A stretch of DNA of 64,000 bases from Squalus acanthias (lineage: Eukaryota), in contig CM059431.1 in the NCBI GenBank assembly GCA_030390025.1, forward strand, positions 99,016,001 to 99,080,000, read 5' to 3'. Shown here one piece after another: positions 13,271 through 25,720 of the stretch. Under the pieces are notes generated by a model. The model was not told where the DNA came from and searched no databases. It worked only from the letters and a program-made list of their open reading frames with translations. Both the position numbers and the translations under genes were made by a program. Within the stretch, counting starts at the first letter, position 1. Each line of letters starts with the position of its first letter.

Positions 13271-13419
13271 ATCTCGATGACTTTAAAGGGGGCCACGGGC
13301 TTCGAGGATTTCCTAATTCTGACAGTTTAAGAAAGCTGATAGTTGATACCCAGGATAGTTGAACATTGGTTGTGTGCATGTGTATTCAGACCCCTTTTAC
13401 AGTTAGTACCCCATCCTGA

Positions 13420-13803
13420 CTGACCTACATTGGATCCCTGTTCCCCAATCCATTAAATTTATAATCCTCATCTTAAATCCTACCATGGTCTAGACCTCCC
13501 CTCCTCCAGTCTTCAATCCTCATGCGCACCTTTTAGTCCTCAGCCTCTGGCCTTTTCTGTTGCATCCCCTTCTCCCGTCATCCCACCATTGGTGGTAGAG
13601 CTTTTCAGCTGCCTCATTCCTATTGCGTGGACCACCCTCCCAGAGCAATTCCCTCTTCTCTCTCCGCCTTTAAGAACCCATCTGTTGGACTAAACCTTCG
13701 TCACTTCTCATAACTTGCACTGTGGCTCAATCCCTAGTCCTTTCCCCCTTTGTGAAGCACCTTGGGACTTTGTACGTGAAAGGGCCTATATAAATACAAG
13801 TTA
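13420..13803 (+). mobile_element. Old degenerate L2 3' fragment
   Basis: ccaccattggtggtagagcttttcagctg...ctatataaatacaagtt. Confidence 0.6.
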
Positions 13804-14106
13804 AGCTCAGAAACGCCGCCAGTAATTTACTCACTGATATCGATGACACTCCAACTTGGAACAAAAATAGCAGTGAACAGGGAAAATGGACGCTAGGTTC
13901 ATTCTAATTAATTTAAAAATCTTCATTAGACTAATTATTACAAATCAACAAATCACAAATGGGAACCGGAAAATGGCCAGATGTAACAATTAAATAAGCT
14001 GCAATAAAAAAAAATTTTTATAAAAGAAAATTATATTGTGGTTTGCACATTGAAAGTAGTGGGATACTCGACACAGCATGTACAGGAAAGGCACATTGAA
14101 CCTAGC

Positions 14107-14335
14107 ACAAAAACAAAATACTGCGGATGCTGGAAATCTGAAATAAAAACAGAAACTGCTGGAAATACTCAGCAGGTCAGGGAGCATCTGTGCAGAGAGA
14201 AACAGAGTTCACGTCTCAGGTCGATGAAAGGTCATTGAATCTAATGGTCATCGACCTGAAACGTTAACTCTGTTTCTCTCTGCACAGATGCTCCCTGACC
14301 TGCTGAGTATTTCCAGCATTTTCTGTTTTTATTTT
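14107..14335. mobile_element. Palindromic pair of Penelope-like pLTR ends
   Basis: ~14141-14227 and ~14249-14334 are near-perfect inverted repeats of the terminus seen at 11117-11203. Confidence 0.85.
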
Positions 14336-16599
14336 ACATTGAATCTAGTGGCATAATGAACCTGGCACGTACAGGAGGGCACATTGAAACTAGTGTCAAG
14401 GCATGTACAGGACTTGAACCCACAACCTTCTGGCTCAGAGGCAATTAGTGCTACCCACTGAGCCACGGCTGACAAACGCAAGTGTCATCAAATGTTAGGT
14501 CATCATTCGAGTGTGTAGAGGTTTTTATTTTCAATGGTTTTTGTGTTTTCTTTTTAAGATTAAGCTATCGGAGATGGTAAACGATTGAGGGATGGTAGTG
14601 CTGGGGAATGGAACACTTTCCACTTCAGGCACCCAGTGTCAGCAGCAGACACTCCCAGGTCAGGTACAACACGGTAAAGCTCCCTCTACTCTGTCCCAGC
14701 AATGTGCCTCAACCTACTGAACCAATGTGTATTTTATTCCCGATATCCCCTCCCCATCCTCAGTCGGCCTGTCTGAGTGACGTCTCCAAACTAAGGGCAG
14801 CCTTGCGCTGTGGCCCGGGACTGGCTAAACTCCTCTCACGTTGGACCCTGAGAGCCAGCAGGCAGAGGAGACTTCAGTGCTATCAGTCTGGGATTAGAAC
14901 GTAGGTCTCCAGAGATGAAAGGCCCGAGGCTCACCTTCTGTATAGCTCTAAAGAGCTTATTTATCACCCTATGGGTTACGGACTAAAAGCAGGGGGTGTG
15001 TGGCACTGAGCACGACTGCTCTTTCAAAGAGCCAGCACAGGCACGATGGGCCGAATGGCCTCCTTCTGCGCTGTAAGTTTCTATGATTCTATGCAACTCG
15101 TGCTGCACTGTTACTGAACATAACAGTGTTGCACAACCAGACTTGGACTGACCAGGTTATTTATATTTTAAATCTCTACCACCACCCCTGTAACTTTAAC
15201 TACCCATTAGATCTTTTACACATTTTGTGTATCAAATGCCACCATCTCTTGTGAAAGAGTCTGGCCAGTTATACCATGAGGAGAGTTTAGCACCTATTAT
15301 CGACGTAATAGTGCTCATGGTCACACTTTGACTTTTGCAACCGATGCTGGCCATGTCCGTGTAAGCTTGTAGTTTAATACATGTATACATTGCAAAACCG
15401 CCGGACCTGAGCTGCATTACTTCAGTTCAAAACCAACGCCTTGTTCCTTTAAAAGTTTTTTGAGAGAGATTTTTGACAGCTTGAATAGTTTAAAAATAGA
15501 AACCCTTCGCAAATGTGCTGCAGAATTAGAGCGCGCACACTTGCCTTGACACCAAATCGTACCTGCTTCCTTGTATGTTACTAGTTAGAAGTAGTATTCC
15601 TTTCGTCTGGTTTGCGTAGCTTCCTAAAAAGTGAAGTCGTCCTATTCCTTTAACCTAAAATATTTCTTGCTTTAAAAAAAATGAACTTTAAATATTCCCA
15701 AAGTAACTTGCTCATGTCAGTAATTGAAAGGTGACGGATTACGCCATTATTACCTATACTAATCTAATAAAAACATAACCGGTGCAAGATGATGGTGCAG
15801 TGTGTAAGTACGGACTATAATATAACCAATCATCTAAGGTAGGTATTCAGTTTGGAGATATTTGATATTTGCAAAATATACAGAGCTATAAAATGGGTTA
15901 AACGCTTTCAAAAATATATTTTCTTAGGTGATGTTTTTGTGACATTCTGATTATTTTTTTGAATGTAATGCTGTTCAGACAGGGGACGACTTCATTAAAG
16001 TCTGCTTCAAAGGGCTTTGTATATCATTTAACCCTCACACTTTTCACAGTAGGAACTGCCAGCGACTGCGATCTTTTACTTAAGTGCTTCGCTAATTTTT
16101 GTAAATCCTTCCATCGGACAGTGCGAGTTTAAAGAGAAGTCAGTTAAGATGCCAGGAAATTGAAAATTGTGTGTGTGTGTGTGGGTTTTCTGTGCGTTGA
16201 ACTGTATTGACATCTGCACAATTGTACAGTGACGCTTTCGGAGAGTGGCTGATGCACACCATGCCTTTGTTGTGAGGTCTGAAGCTCCAGCACTGAAGAC
16301 CCTGTGATGTATAATGGATGGTCACTACTCTCCATTTCAATCAGGTTGTAAATATATTTAAAAATTTCTAGACAAGTGATATACTTGATTCTGTATGCAT
16401 TTAATTATATTAATTTTATTGGGAATATTTCTAATGTTTTTGCACATACTTGTGAATAAATGATTGATTTGGTTATAAATGGACATTCATTTTGTTGTTG
16501 TGCTGACCAGGGATTTCATTAGATATTTCCAGTTTAAAACTGGGTGTCCCAGCGACCTCAGCAGAGAAACAAATTTGCACCTCAGAAATAAACCCCAGT

Positions 16600-16970
16600 G
16601 CTTTGCATTTTTTTATGGCCTTGTTAACCTGCGTCGCTACTGTTAGTGATTTGTGTATCTATACCCCGAGATCTCTTTGCTCCTCTACCCCATTCAGACT
16701 CTTCATTTCCAAGGCGTATGTGGCCTCCTTATTCCTCCTACCAAAATACGCCACCTCACACTTAACCATATTGAAATTCATTTGCCATTTACACACCTTA
16801 ATGTAAATGGTGAACAACTGTGGTCCCAGCACCGATCCTTGTGGAACACCACATCCCACCTTTTACCAGTCTGAGTAACTACCTTTAACCCCGACTATTA
16901 ACTATACCCCCCACAAATTTGGCGTCATCTGCAAGTTTTGAAATTATACTTCCGATTCCTGAGTCCAAAT
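16600..16970 (-). mobile_element. Rearranged CR1 RT fragment
   Basis: [17 protein letters not shown] and KCEVAYFG...QRDLGV with a deletion between them. Confidence 0.75.
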
Positions 16971-17498
16971 CATTTTCAGGAGGCACAACTAATAAAAGAA
17001 TTGAAACATATAAAGCCTGATTTCGACAGAACCAAGAGGAAACTTAAGACAAAAATCATGATGTTATTACCAGGGTTTATCAGACACTCTGTTCCCTGCG
17101 GTGCCCACCGGTCGGGGAAGGCCCCAAGCGTACTGGTGGGCACCGCATGCTCCCTTTCCAGGGCCACCTGGGCACGGACAAGACTGCAGAAGAGAGGCAG
17201 GCAGCCAGAGCGACCCCACCCCCTGGGACTGTGTCCATCCTGGTCCCATGAATGGCCACCTTGACCAGGCCCAGGAGTAGACCCACGGGAAGGTCCTCCG
17301 ACTTGCCCCTCCCCTCCCCTCCGCACTGTGGCCAAAGATCAGGAGTGTCGAGATGAACTGGAGCCAGAGATTGAAGAGCAGCCCCCTCAAATAACTGAGT
17401 ATATTTTCAGACTCACGCCCTTTCACATTGTACAGGGAGCCCAGAAACACACACCCTTCTCCTTGAAATGTTCAACCAACACACAAAATCAGTAATTC

Positions 17499-17830
17499 AA
17501 CAACAACTTGCATTTATACAGCGCCTTTAATGTAGTAAAATGTCTCGAGGCGCTTCACAGGAGTGTATTCGGACACCATTTGACACCGAACCATATAAGG
17601 AGATATTAGGACAGCTGACCCAAAAGCTTTGTCAAAGAGGGAGGTTTTAAGGAGCATCTTAAAGGAGGAAAGAGAGGTGGAGAGGTTTAGGGAGGGAATT
17701 CCAGAGCTTAGGGCCCAGGCAGCTGAAGGCACGACCACCAATGGTGGAGTGACGGAAATTGGGGATACACAAGAGGCCAGAATTGGAGGAGCGCAGAGAT
17801 CTCGGAGGGCTGGAGGAAGCTCCATAGGTG
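17499..17830 (-). mobile_element. L2 3' fragment
   Basis: PRSLRSSNSGLL...GGRAFSCLGPKLWNSLP. Confidence 0.85.
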
Positions 17831-18529
17831 GGGATTCCCTCCATTCCACAGGGCTAAATGAAACAGTCGCCCATGATTCACTGAGTAGTCCAGCTCTCCA
17901 TTATTCAGTGAGAAGGTGTATCCTTGTGTTAGAGTGAAATGCATCCACTTCTACGACAAACATGTGTAAAGCATCTATGGGAGAAAGGCCAATTCAAACA
18001 GGTGGTGCACGGCCTCTGCTTGATACCGAGAAAATACCAAACCATCTTCCCCTTCCTGGAGAACCATTGGGTGTAATCACCCCCCAATAAAAGGGGCTAA
18101 CAGCAGCATATTGGCCACAATGCCCACTCGGAAGGGGGACACGATGCAGAATGCCTGAACCACCATGGTACTCGATGCTACCCAAGCTCTGCCAACACAC
18201 TCAATGCCCATCTGTAAGATATTACTGTATAGGTGGAGTCTTCTCTGCCCTGAACCTAGTTCTGTGCAGCTACACTTACCCCAACTCCCCCCCCCCACCC
18301 CATCCTGACATCTTTGATGTTATCCAGCTGGGGGTTGAATGGGTGTTTTGCCCTATTTCTGATATCATCATTAATGAATCTCAAATCAATGGTACTTTAG
18401 TATGTTAAAATTATTTCTTGACTTCTCACTGAGACCTACATCTTCCGGATACAGCTTTATGGCATCAGAATGAATTGCACTAAAATTTGACGACACGTTT
18501 CCACAATTGCATTTTCTGCAACATGCATG

Positions 18530-18857
18530 CCCGAGATCTCTGCGCTCCTCCAATTCTGGCCTCTTGCGCATCCCCGATTTCCATCGCTCTACCATTGGTG
18601 GTCGTGCCTTCAGCTGCCTGGGCCCTAAGCTCTGGAATTCCCTCCCTAAACCTCTCCACCTCTCTCTCCTCCTTTAAGACGCCCCTTAAAATGTACCTCT
18701 TTGACCAAGCTTTTGGTCGCCTGCCCTAATATCTCCCTCCTTTGGTTCAGCGTTTGTTTGATAACGCTGAGCCAAAGGAGGGAGATATTAGGACAGTGGA
18801 GCACCTTGGGCCGTTCTACTGCGTTAAAGGCGCTATATAAATGCAAGCTGTTGTTGT
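18530..18857 (+). mobile_element. L2 3' fragment
   Basis: Inverted copy of the 17499-17830 family, with an internal foldback at ~18727-18791. Confidence 0.85.
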
Positions 18858-19249
18858 AATGCGCATAAAGGACGGTGCGGCGGCATGAAAATTTTATTTC
18901 CCATACGAGAAAGAAGGAATATGGAGTAAGTTTCTCGCTGTTTGCACCGATTTCTGTTTGTTTAACGCTGGATTTTATGGCTCAGGAAATTTCAGTGTAA
19001 AGTCGCCAGTTAGGCCGTTTCAGGAAATTCCGGGTTGTTGAGTCTTCTCCTTCACGAGCCTGACATCTAATTGAAGTAACGGCGAGTGAGCACTAGGGGG
19101 CAATGTCTACGTTTCTACAATGTGAAGGACCGGAGCATGTTGTGAAACTTGGCCAAAGCTGAATTATATTTCTGTTTTCGGTTTGCTATTTCTGTTTTCG
19201 GTTTGCCATTCCCGTGCACCGTCAGGATTTCAGTTCGCATTACCATTCA

Positions 19250-19562
19250 CGTCTTTTCGGATGAGACGTTGAACTGTCTCAGGCGAACTTTAAAGATCCC
19301 ATGGCACTATTTCGAAGAAGAGCAGGGGGAGTTCTCCCTGGTGTCCTGGGGCCAATATTTATCCCTCAACCAGCATCACTAAAAAACAGATTATCTGGTC
19401 ATTATCACATTGCTGTTTGTGGGAGCTTGCTGTGTGCAAATTGGCTGCCACGTTTCCTACATTACAACAGTGACTCCACTTCAAAAAGTACTTCATTGGC
19501 TGTAAAGCGCTTTGGGACGTCCTGAGGTCATGAAAGGTGCTGTAGAAATGCAAGTTCTTTCG
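19250..19562 (+). mobile_element. 5'-truncated Deu-domain SINE
   Basis: Matches the 3' two-thirds of the family. Confidence 0.85.
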
Positions 19563-20333
19563 TTCTTACTACACTATCTGGGTGTCCATTCCTTGTGTTG
19601 ATCCCTTTGTGCGAAGAGAAATTTGCTGGCATGGATCCTAAATTTCCCTTTTACTAGTTTGAACCCGTGTCCTCTCGTACTACTCCGGCATTTAATGCAA
19701 AGTAATTTTCCAGATTTGCCTGTTCCACACTGTGCACTTTGTGAAACTGATATTTATGGACTGAGGCATTTTTAGTTACATTTTCAAACCTCCAGAGCAA
19801 TACCAATTTCTGGATATTTAACCGTGTTTAACACGTCAGACTTACGGTTGTGAACCAGTGAGGAAATGGCCTGAGGATTTGAAGATTAAGCGCGCAGGAT
19901 AGATTTTCTACTTTTTAAAGTAACTTTACACATTCATTTGTGTCAAGGTGACCTTTTCACACAGGTCGGGAGAGGTGCAGTTGGGTCTCTGTCAAAATGA
20001 TTCTGTTCACACCTCAGTGTAACAGCTCGTGCAGCTTTGGCTACAACCAATGGTTGGTGAATTGTGATACAAATGCAGTTGTGTGCAGTGATGAAGATAA
20101 TACAGACTAGCCATGGATATGCTCGTAGTTTCACAGAATGAGATGAGTTTTTGCAGCAATTTTTGCAATGCGGGAAGCTTTAGAAGGAAAGTACTGAACT
20201 AGCCGGTGGGCAGCAGTGAATGCTCACCGTGGCCAAACCTGTCTCTCTGATATCGGCACAGGACAAATACCATTGGTGACATGAGCTGCCCAGAATAGAC
20301 ATTTAGAAGGTTCAAAGTACATCATAAGGGTCT

Positions 20334-20780
20334 GCCGTTGCTCAGTGGGCAGCACTCTCACCTCTGAGTCAGAAGGTTGTGGGTTCAAGTCCCACTCCAG
20401 AGACTTGAGCACAAAATCTAGGCTGACACTCCCAGTGCAGTGCTGAGGGAGCGCTGCACTGTCGGAGGTGCCGTCTTTCGGATGAGACGTTAAACCGAGG
20501 CCCCGTCTGCGCTCTCAGGTGGATGTAAAAGATCCCAGGGCACTATTTCGAAGAAGAGCAGGGGAGGAGTTCTCCCCGGTGTCCTGGCCAATATTTATCC
20601 CTCAATCAACATAACAAAAAAACAGATTATCTGGTCATTATCACATTGCTGTTTGTGGGAGCTTGCTGTGCGCAAATTGGCTGCCACGTTTCCTACATTA
20701 CAACAGTGACTACACTTCAAAAAGTACTTCATTGGCTGTAAAGCGCTTTGAGACATCCTGAGGCTGTGAAAGGCGCTGTA
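20334..20780 (+). mobile_element. Near full-length tRNA-derived Deu-domain SINE (SacSINE1-like), unexpanded
   Basis: A/B boxes; central gtcggaggtgccgtctttcggatgagacgttaaaccgagg resembles the Deu domain; L2-like tail. Confidence 0.88.
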
Positions 20781-21131
20781 GGAAACTCGTTTAAACGGCA
20801 CCTAAATATCCGGAATTCTCTAATAACCGGCAGAATTCATACTCCGAAAACTACAGTATACAGTCGTTTATAAGTTTTGTTTTACTGTTAAGTAATTAAA
20901 GAGTTATGGATTACCCTCAACTGGCATTACTGTACTTAATCAAGCATCTTCCACCATCCATTTAACACAACATTCTGTAGGGGAGTACCCAATTATACTG
21001 CACATTTCTTGATTTTTTAATTTTTGTTTGTTAAAAATAGCCTCGGTAGATATACCTCTCCGTTATCCGGAATTTTTAATCAACCGGCACCATCCCGGTC
21101 CCGTCAGTGCCGGATACCAAAGAGTTTCCTG
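20780..21131. mobile_element. Possible Tc1/mariner-pogo type MITE
   Basis: Inverted ends AGGAAACTC (20780-20788) and GAGTTTCCT (21122-21130), TA to the right, repeated internal tatccggaatt...aaccggca; the SINE tail stops here. Confidence 0.45.
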
Positions 21132-21473
21132 TATATAAATTATTTTTTGTTGCAACAAGACCAAACGTTACTGATCTTTGTAAGTATTTATGACCAATCT
21201 CTATCGGCGCAGTTTAATCAAAACCTCTGCTGAATGTTGAATCCAGATCTTAGTGACCAAATAAAGTACAAGCTCCAGTTTTAGCACTAATTTAGATCAT
21301 AAATAATTTAAGTACAGATTTTTAAGTACAGTTTTCTACGGTTCTATTTCTAATTTCTCATGAATTTGTCTCCATTCTTGGGCTACGTTAAAATATTCCA
21401 TGTGCAATAATGATATCGGACTGTACCAAATTAATCTCTTGTGTGGATTTTTAAATCGATTATATTAACTGTA

Positions 21474-21920
21474 GAAGAAAGAACTTGCATTTCTCCAGCG
21501 CCTTTCACGGCTACCGGACGTCTCAAAGCGCTTCACAGCCAGTGAAGTATTTTTGGAGTGTAGTCACTGTTGTAATGTAGGAAACGCCGCAGCCAATTTG
21601 CACACAGCAAGCTCCCACAAACAGCAATGTGATAATGACCAGATAATCTGTTTTTAGTGATGTTGGTTGAGGGATAAATATTGGCCCCAGGACACCGGGG
21701 AAAACTCCCCTGGCTCTTCTTCGAAATAGTGGCCGTGGGATCTTTTACGTCCACCTGAGAGCAGATGGGGCCTCGGTTTAACGTCTCAACCGAAAGACGG
21801 CACCTCCGACAGCGCCGCGCTCCCTCAGCCTAGATTATGGACTCAAGTCGTTGCAGTGGGGGCTCGCGCACCCACGACTCTTCTGACTCAGAGGCGAGAG
21901 CGCTACCCACTGAGCCACGG
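21474..21920 (-). mobile_element. Deu-domain SINE with a small internal deletion
   Basis: Family match on minus; head at 21860-21920. Confidence 0.85.
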
Positions 21921-22310
21921 ATGTAACACACAATATCTGAAAATGTTGTGCTCAACTTGCAAACATACCTGCTACATTTCAGTTGCTGCTGTCTCGACCT
22001 CAAGCGCCTTGTATGTTGAGGTAAATTAACCACAGGACCTGTATGCTAAAAAATCAATTTATGCTAGCTCCCCTAAAGTAAAAAACAATCCCCTTAAACA
22101 ACAACGCAACTTTGACAAGCAAGCTTTGTACAGCCTGATACTTACAGCGTCCATTAAAGGAAAGCATCGGAGCTGTAGATCTGTTTGTTGCATGGCTTTC
22201 GGTGAAACTGGCATCGCACTGGCGTGCAAATGGACAGACCTTTGCAGCATTCAGCAAACAAAGCGTTAATAACGAGTTCCGATCGCCTACCTGTGAGGCG
22301 GTGCAACCAG

Positions 22311-23016
22311 ACACAGCCACCAGAGCACAGAGTTACCTGCAGACACACAGGCCAGAGCACAGAGTTACCTGCAGACACACAGGCCAGAGCACAGAGTTAC
22401 CTGCAGACACACAGGCCAGAGCACAGGGTTACCTGCAGACACACAGGCCAGAGCACAGAGTTACCTGCAGACACACAGGCCAGAGCACAGAGTTACCTGC
22501 AGACACACAGGCCAGAGCACAGGGTTACCTGCAGACACACAGGCCAGAGCACAGGGTTACCTGCAGACACACAGGCCAGAGCACAGGGTTACCTGCAGAC
22601 ACACAGGCCAGAGCACAGAGTTACCTGCAGACACACAGGCCAGAGCACAGGGTTACCTGCAGACACACAGGCCAGAGCACAGGGTTACCTGCAGACACAC
22701 AGGCCAGAGCACAGAGTTACCTGCAGACACACAGGCCAGAGCACAGAGTTACCTGCAGACACACAGGCCAGAGCACAGAGTTACCTGCAGACACACAGGC
22801 CAGAGCACAGGGTTACCTGCAGACACACAGGCCAGAGCACAGAGTTACCTGCAGACACACAGGCCAGAGCTACCTGCAGACACACAGGCCAGAGCACAGA
22901 GTTACCTGCAGACACACAGGCCAGAGCACAGGGTTACCTGCAGACACACAGGCCAGAGCACAGAGTTACCTGCAGACACGGTCACCAGAGCACAGAGTTA
23001 CCTGCAGACACATAGG
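22311..23016. repeat. Minisatellite, 32-bp unit, about 22 copies
   Basis: Unit gccagagcacag(a/g)gttacctgcagacacacag; one shortened unit near 22863. Confidence 0.97.
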
Positions 23017-23159
23017 CCTAGAAACGTGAGGCAGCCGCGAGAGTTGCCGGCGTCACCGCGGCCTCGGGTTGACCGGCCGCTGAAAATGGACGAAGCGGTA
23101 GAAGAGAAACATTTACGCTGGGGACTAAATATTATTTGCCCAGCGCTGACTCACTGTGT

Positions 23160-23646
23160 AACATAGAAACATAGAAAATTAGGAGCACGAGTAGGCCATT
23201 CGGCCCTTCGAGCCTGCTCCACCATTCAATATGATCACAGCTGATCCTCTATCTCAATACCATATTCCCCCTCTCTCCCCATACCCCTTGATGCCTTTTG
23301 TGTCTAGAAATCTATCTATCTCCTTCTTAAATATATTCAGTGACTGGGCCTCCACAGCCTTCTGTGGTAGAGAATTCCACAGGTTCACCACCCTCTGATG
23401 AAGAAATTTCTCCTCATCTCAGTCCTAAATGTCCTACCCTGTGTTCTGAGACTGTGATCCCTCGTTCTAGAACCCCCAGCCAGGGGAAACATCTTCCCTG
23501 CTTCCAGTCTGTCTAGCCCTGTCAGAATTTTAGACGTTTCAATGAGATCCCCTCTCATTCTTCTAAACTCTAGTGAATACAGGCCTAGTCGACCCAATCT
23601 CTCCTCACACGGCAGTCCTGCCATCCCAGGAATCAGTCTGGTGAAC
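23160..23646 (-). mobile_element. CR1 3' fragment
   Basis: FTRLIPGM...LGLYSLEFRRMRGDLIE; catagaaa tail repeats. Confidence 0.88.
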
Positions 23647-23944
23647 TGAATCACCCTCCTGGTGACGTTTGTGCAGGCATCGGAGGTGAGGTTGGTGCCC
23701 AGAAGCGACGTTCCATCTTCCAACAACCTGTGGAAGTGAGGCAATCAAGTCGCTAGGCATTGTGGGATATTAAAAGGTCAATGCCTTCTGCACTAATTAA
23801 AATAAAGTAAAAAAATGAATTTTTCAACCCTTACTGATTTTTTAGAAAAAATATTTTAAAAATTCCCAATGGGAGTCTTCAGCTCTTAAAGCTGAATTTC
23901 CTTCCACACCTCAAAAAATGGGAAAAGTGCCTCAGAACTAACAC

Positions 23945-25045
23945 AAATGGCTCAGCAAGCGAGGGAAGGGGCACCCAGGGTCTCACACACAGCTTAGTGC
24001 AGGGGGTCAACACGGCAAGAGAGGTCCTCTACCCACAGGGGCCAGGAGGCCCTCCAGAAAGAACGATGTGGGACCACATCACCGAGGCCGTCACTGCCAG
24101 CAGTGTCGCCCTCACCACCTGGCTCCAGTGCCCAAAGAAGCTTCATGACCTCAGACCACTGGTCAAGGTCAGTGAATGCATCTTCAAAACCTGTCTCCTA
24201 CCAACTGCACCACGAGCCTCACACACTGCTCAATGCACGACTTCTGTGCCCTCCCCCCCATCACCCAATCACTCACCTACCAACAATCTGTACCAATCAT
24301 GAGGCACACCTCCCATTTCTAGCTCCACCCCACCCCCTTGGAGGAGACGGTGCTGGCCATTCTTGGCAGAGGCATGGTTGAGCCATTGGCCAGCGGCGGG
24401 GCTGAAAGGATAAAAGATGCTGGTATCCTCATACGTTATCCAGCCTCTCGCATGCACCTCTTGGTTTCCCACCCTCCCCTCACCACAACTCCACCCTTGT
24501 GCTTTCCTCATTTCACACGTCCAAGAAATGCAGCTTGCCCAGCCAGTGGGTGACCAAGAAGAGGGAGAGGAGAGCGAAGAAGTAGAAGAAGAAACACCGT
24601 CACTCAATTTCACATTCCCAGCCACCAGCTCCTCAAGGTCGCCCTTCAAGGCCATTTGCAGTGACCCCCCACTGAAAGTCAGCAGCCTTCCACCAGCCAT
24701 GCTGCAGCCACTGGGGTCGCACTGCGTGACATCAGTAGGATAGGCAAGACACTCACTAAGAGAATGCATAAGGGTGATGAGTTGATTTCTTGATGTCATA
24801 TTGGATGGATAGATGTATAAAGTTGGATTGGAATGTTTGCTTTGTGGTGACTTTTATTTCAGCATTGTGGCCAAGAGGACGCTGTGATGGCCAGTAACAG
24901 AGGGGAGATAAGGTGTGGGACTAATGTTGAAAGTGGAATTGGGGTTGTGGTCACTGGTACTGCAGGTGGACGATTCCATCCCGGATATCCCGACCAGAAA
25001 GGGGCTGTCTGGGTTGCATCCTTCCTTCTGCTTCCTCCTCTTCGG
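23945..25045 (+). mobile_element. Degenerate Harbinger remnant: Myb/SANT-like gene on plus, probable transposase C-terminus on minus
   Basis: LVQGVNTAREVLYP...MWDHITEAVTASSVALTTWLQCPKKLHDL resembles Myb/SANT-like domains; minus 25043-24951 reads EEEEAEGRMQPRQPLSGRDIRDGIVHLQYQ*. Confidence 0.6.
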
Positions 25046-25149
25046 CCCAAATCCTGTGAATTAATTTTAAAAAAAGCAGGCCTATTGCACATGTTGTTCA
25101 AATCAATGTAGGTGATTACGTGACTTTTTTTTAAAAAATTCAAGTACGG

Positions 25150-25720
25150 AGGTTATTCTAAACCTTTATAAATCACTGGTTAGGCCTCAGCTGGGGTATT
25201 GTGTCCAATTCTGGGCACCGCACTTTAGGAAGGATGTCAAGGCCTTGGAGAGGGTACAGAGGAGATTTACTAGAATGGCACCAGGGATGAGGGACTTCAG
25301 TTATGTGGAGAAGCTGGGATTGTTCTCCTTAGAGCAGAGAAGGTTAAGGGGAAATTTAATAGAGGTGTTCAAAATTATGAGGGGTTTTGATAGAGTAAAT
25401 GAGGAGAAACTGTTTCCAGTGGCAGGAGGGTCGGTAACCAGAGGACACAGATTTAAGGTGATTGGCAAAAGAACCAGAGGGGAGATGAGGAGAAATGTTT
25501 TTCTACGCAGCGAGTTGTTGTGATCTGGAATGCGCTGCCTGAAAGGGGCGGTGGAAGCAGATTCAATAGTAACTTTCAAAAGGTAATTGGATAAATACTT
25601 GAAAAGGAAAAATTTGCAGGGCTACGGGGGAAGAGCAGGGGGAGTGGGACTAATTGGAGAGCTCTTTCCAAGATGGGCCGAATGGCCTCCTTCTGTACTG
25701 TGGGATTTTATGATTCTATG
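25150..25720 (+). mobile_element. CR1 3' fragment
   Basis: ERVQRRFTRM...LGLFSLEQRRLRG; attctatg tail. Confidence 0.88.

Larger units (their letters stand above)
9242..16480 (+). other. USF3: Putative long USF3 3' UTR with alternative polyA sites
   Basis: AT-rich unique sequence with AATAAA at 9632-9637, ~10189, ~12152, ~12234 and 16455-16460; the last is followed by a U/GU-rich tract (tttgttgttgtg, ~16491). Distal end is inferred. Confidence 0.4.

Noticed and set aside
19943..20134. Minus ORF resembling a leader plus Ig V strand A-B (ITIHQPLVVAKAARAVTLRCEQ)
   Set aside because: GTG start, no C-strand Trp or second Cys motif found downstream, early stop, no convincing splice sites; probably chance.
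20334..20400. tRNA gene-like A/B boxes (also 38315, 63531, 30780)
   Set aside because: They continue into SINE or LINE bodies and are retroposon heads, not tRNA genes.
22202..23029. 275-aa and 263-aa repetitive ORFs; CRISPR-like regularity
   Set aside because: Stop-free 32-bp unit cycling through frames; head-to-tail repeats with no unique spacers, no cas genes, eukaryotic context.
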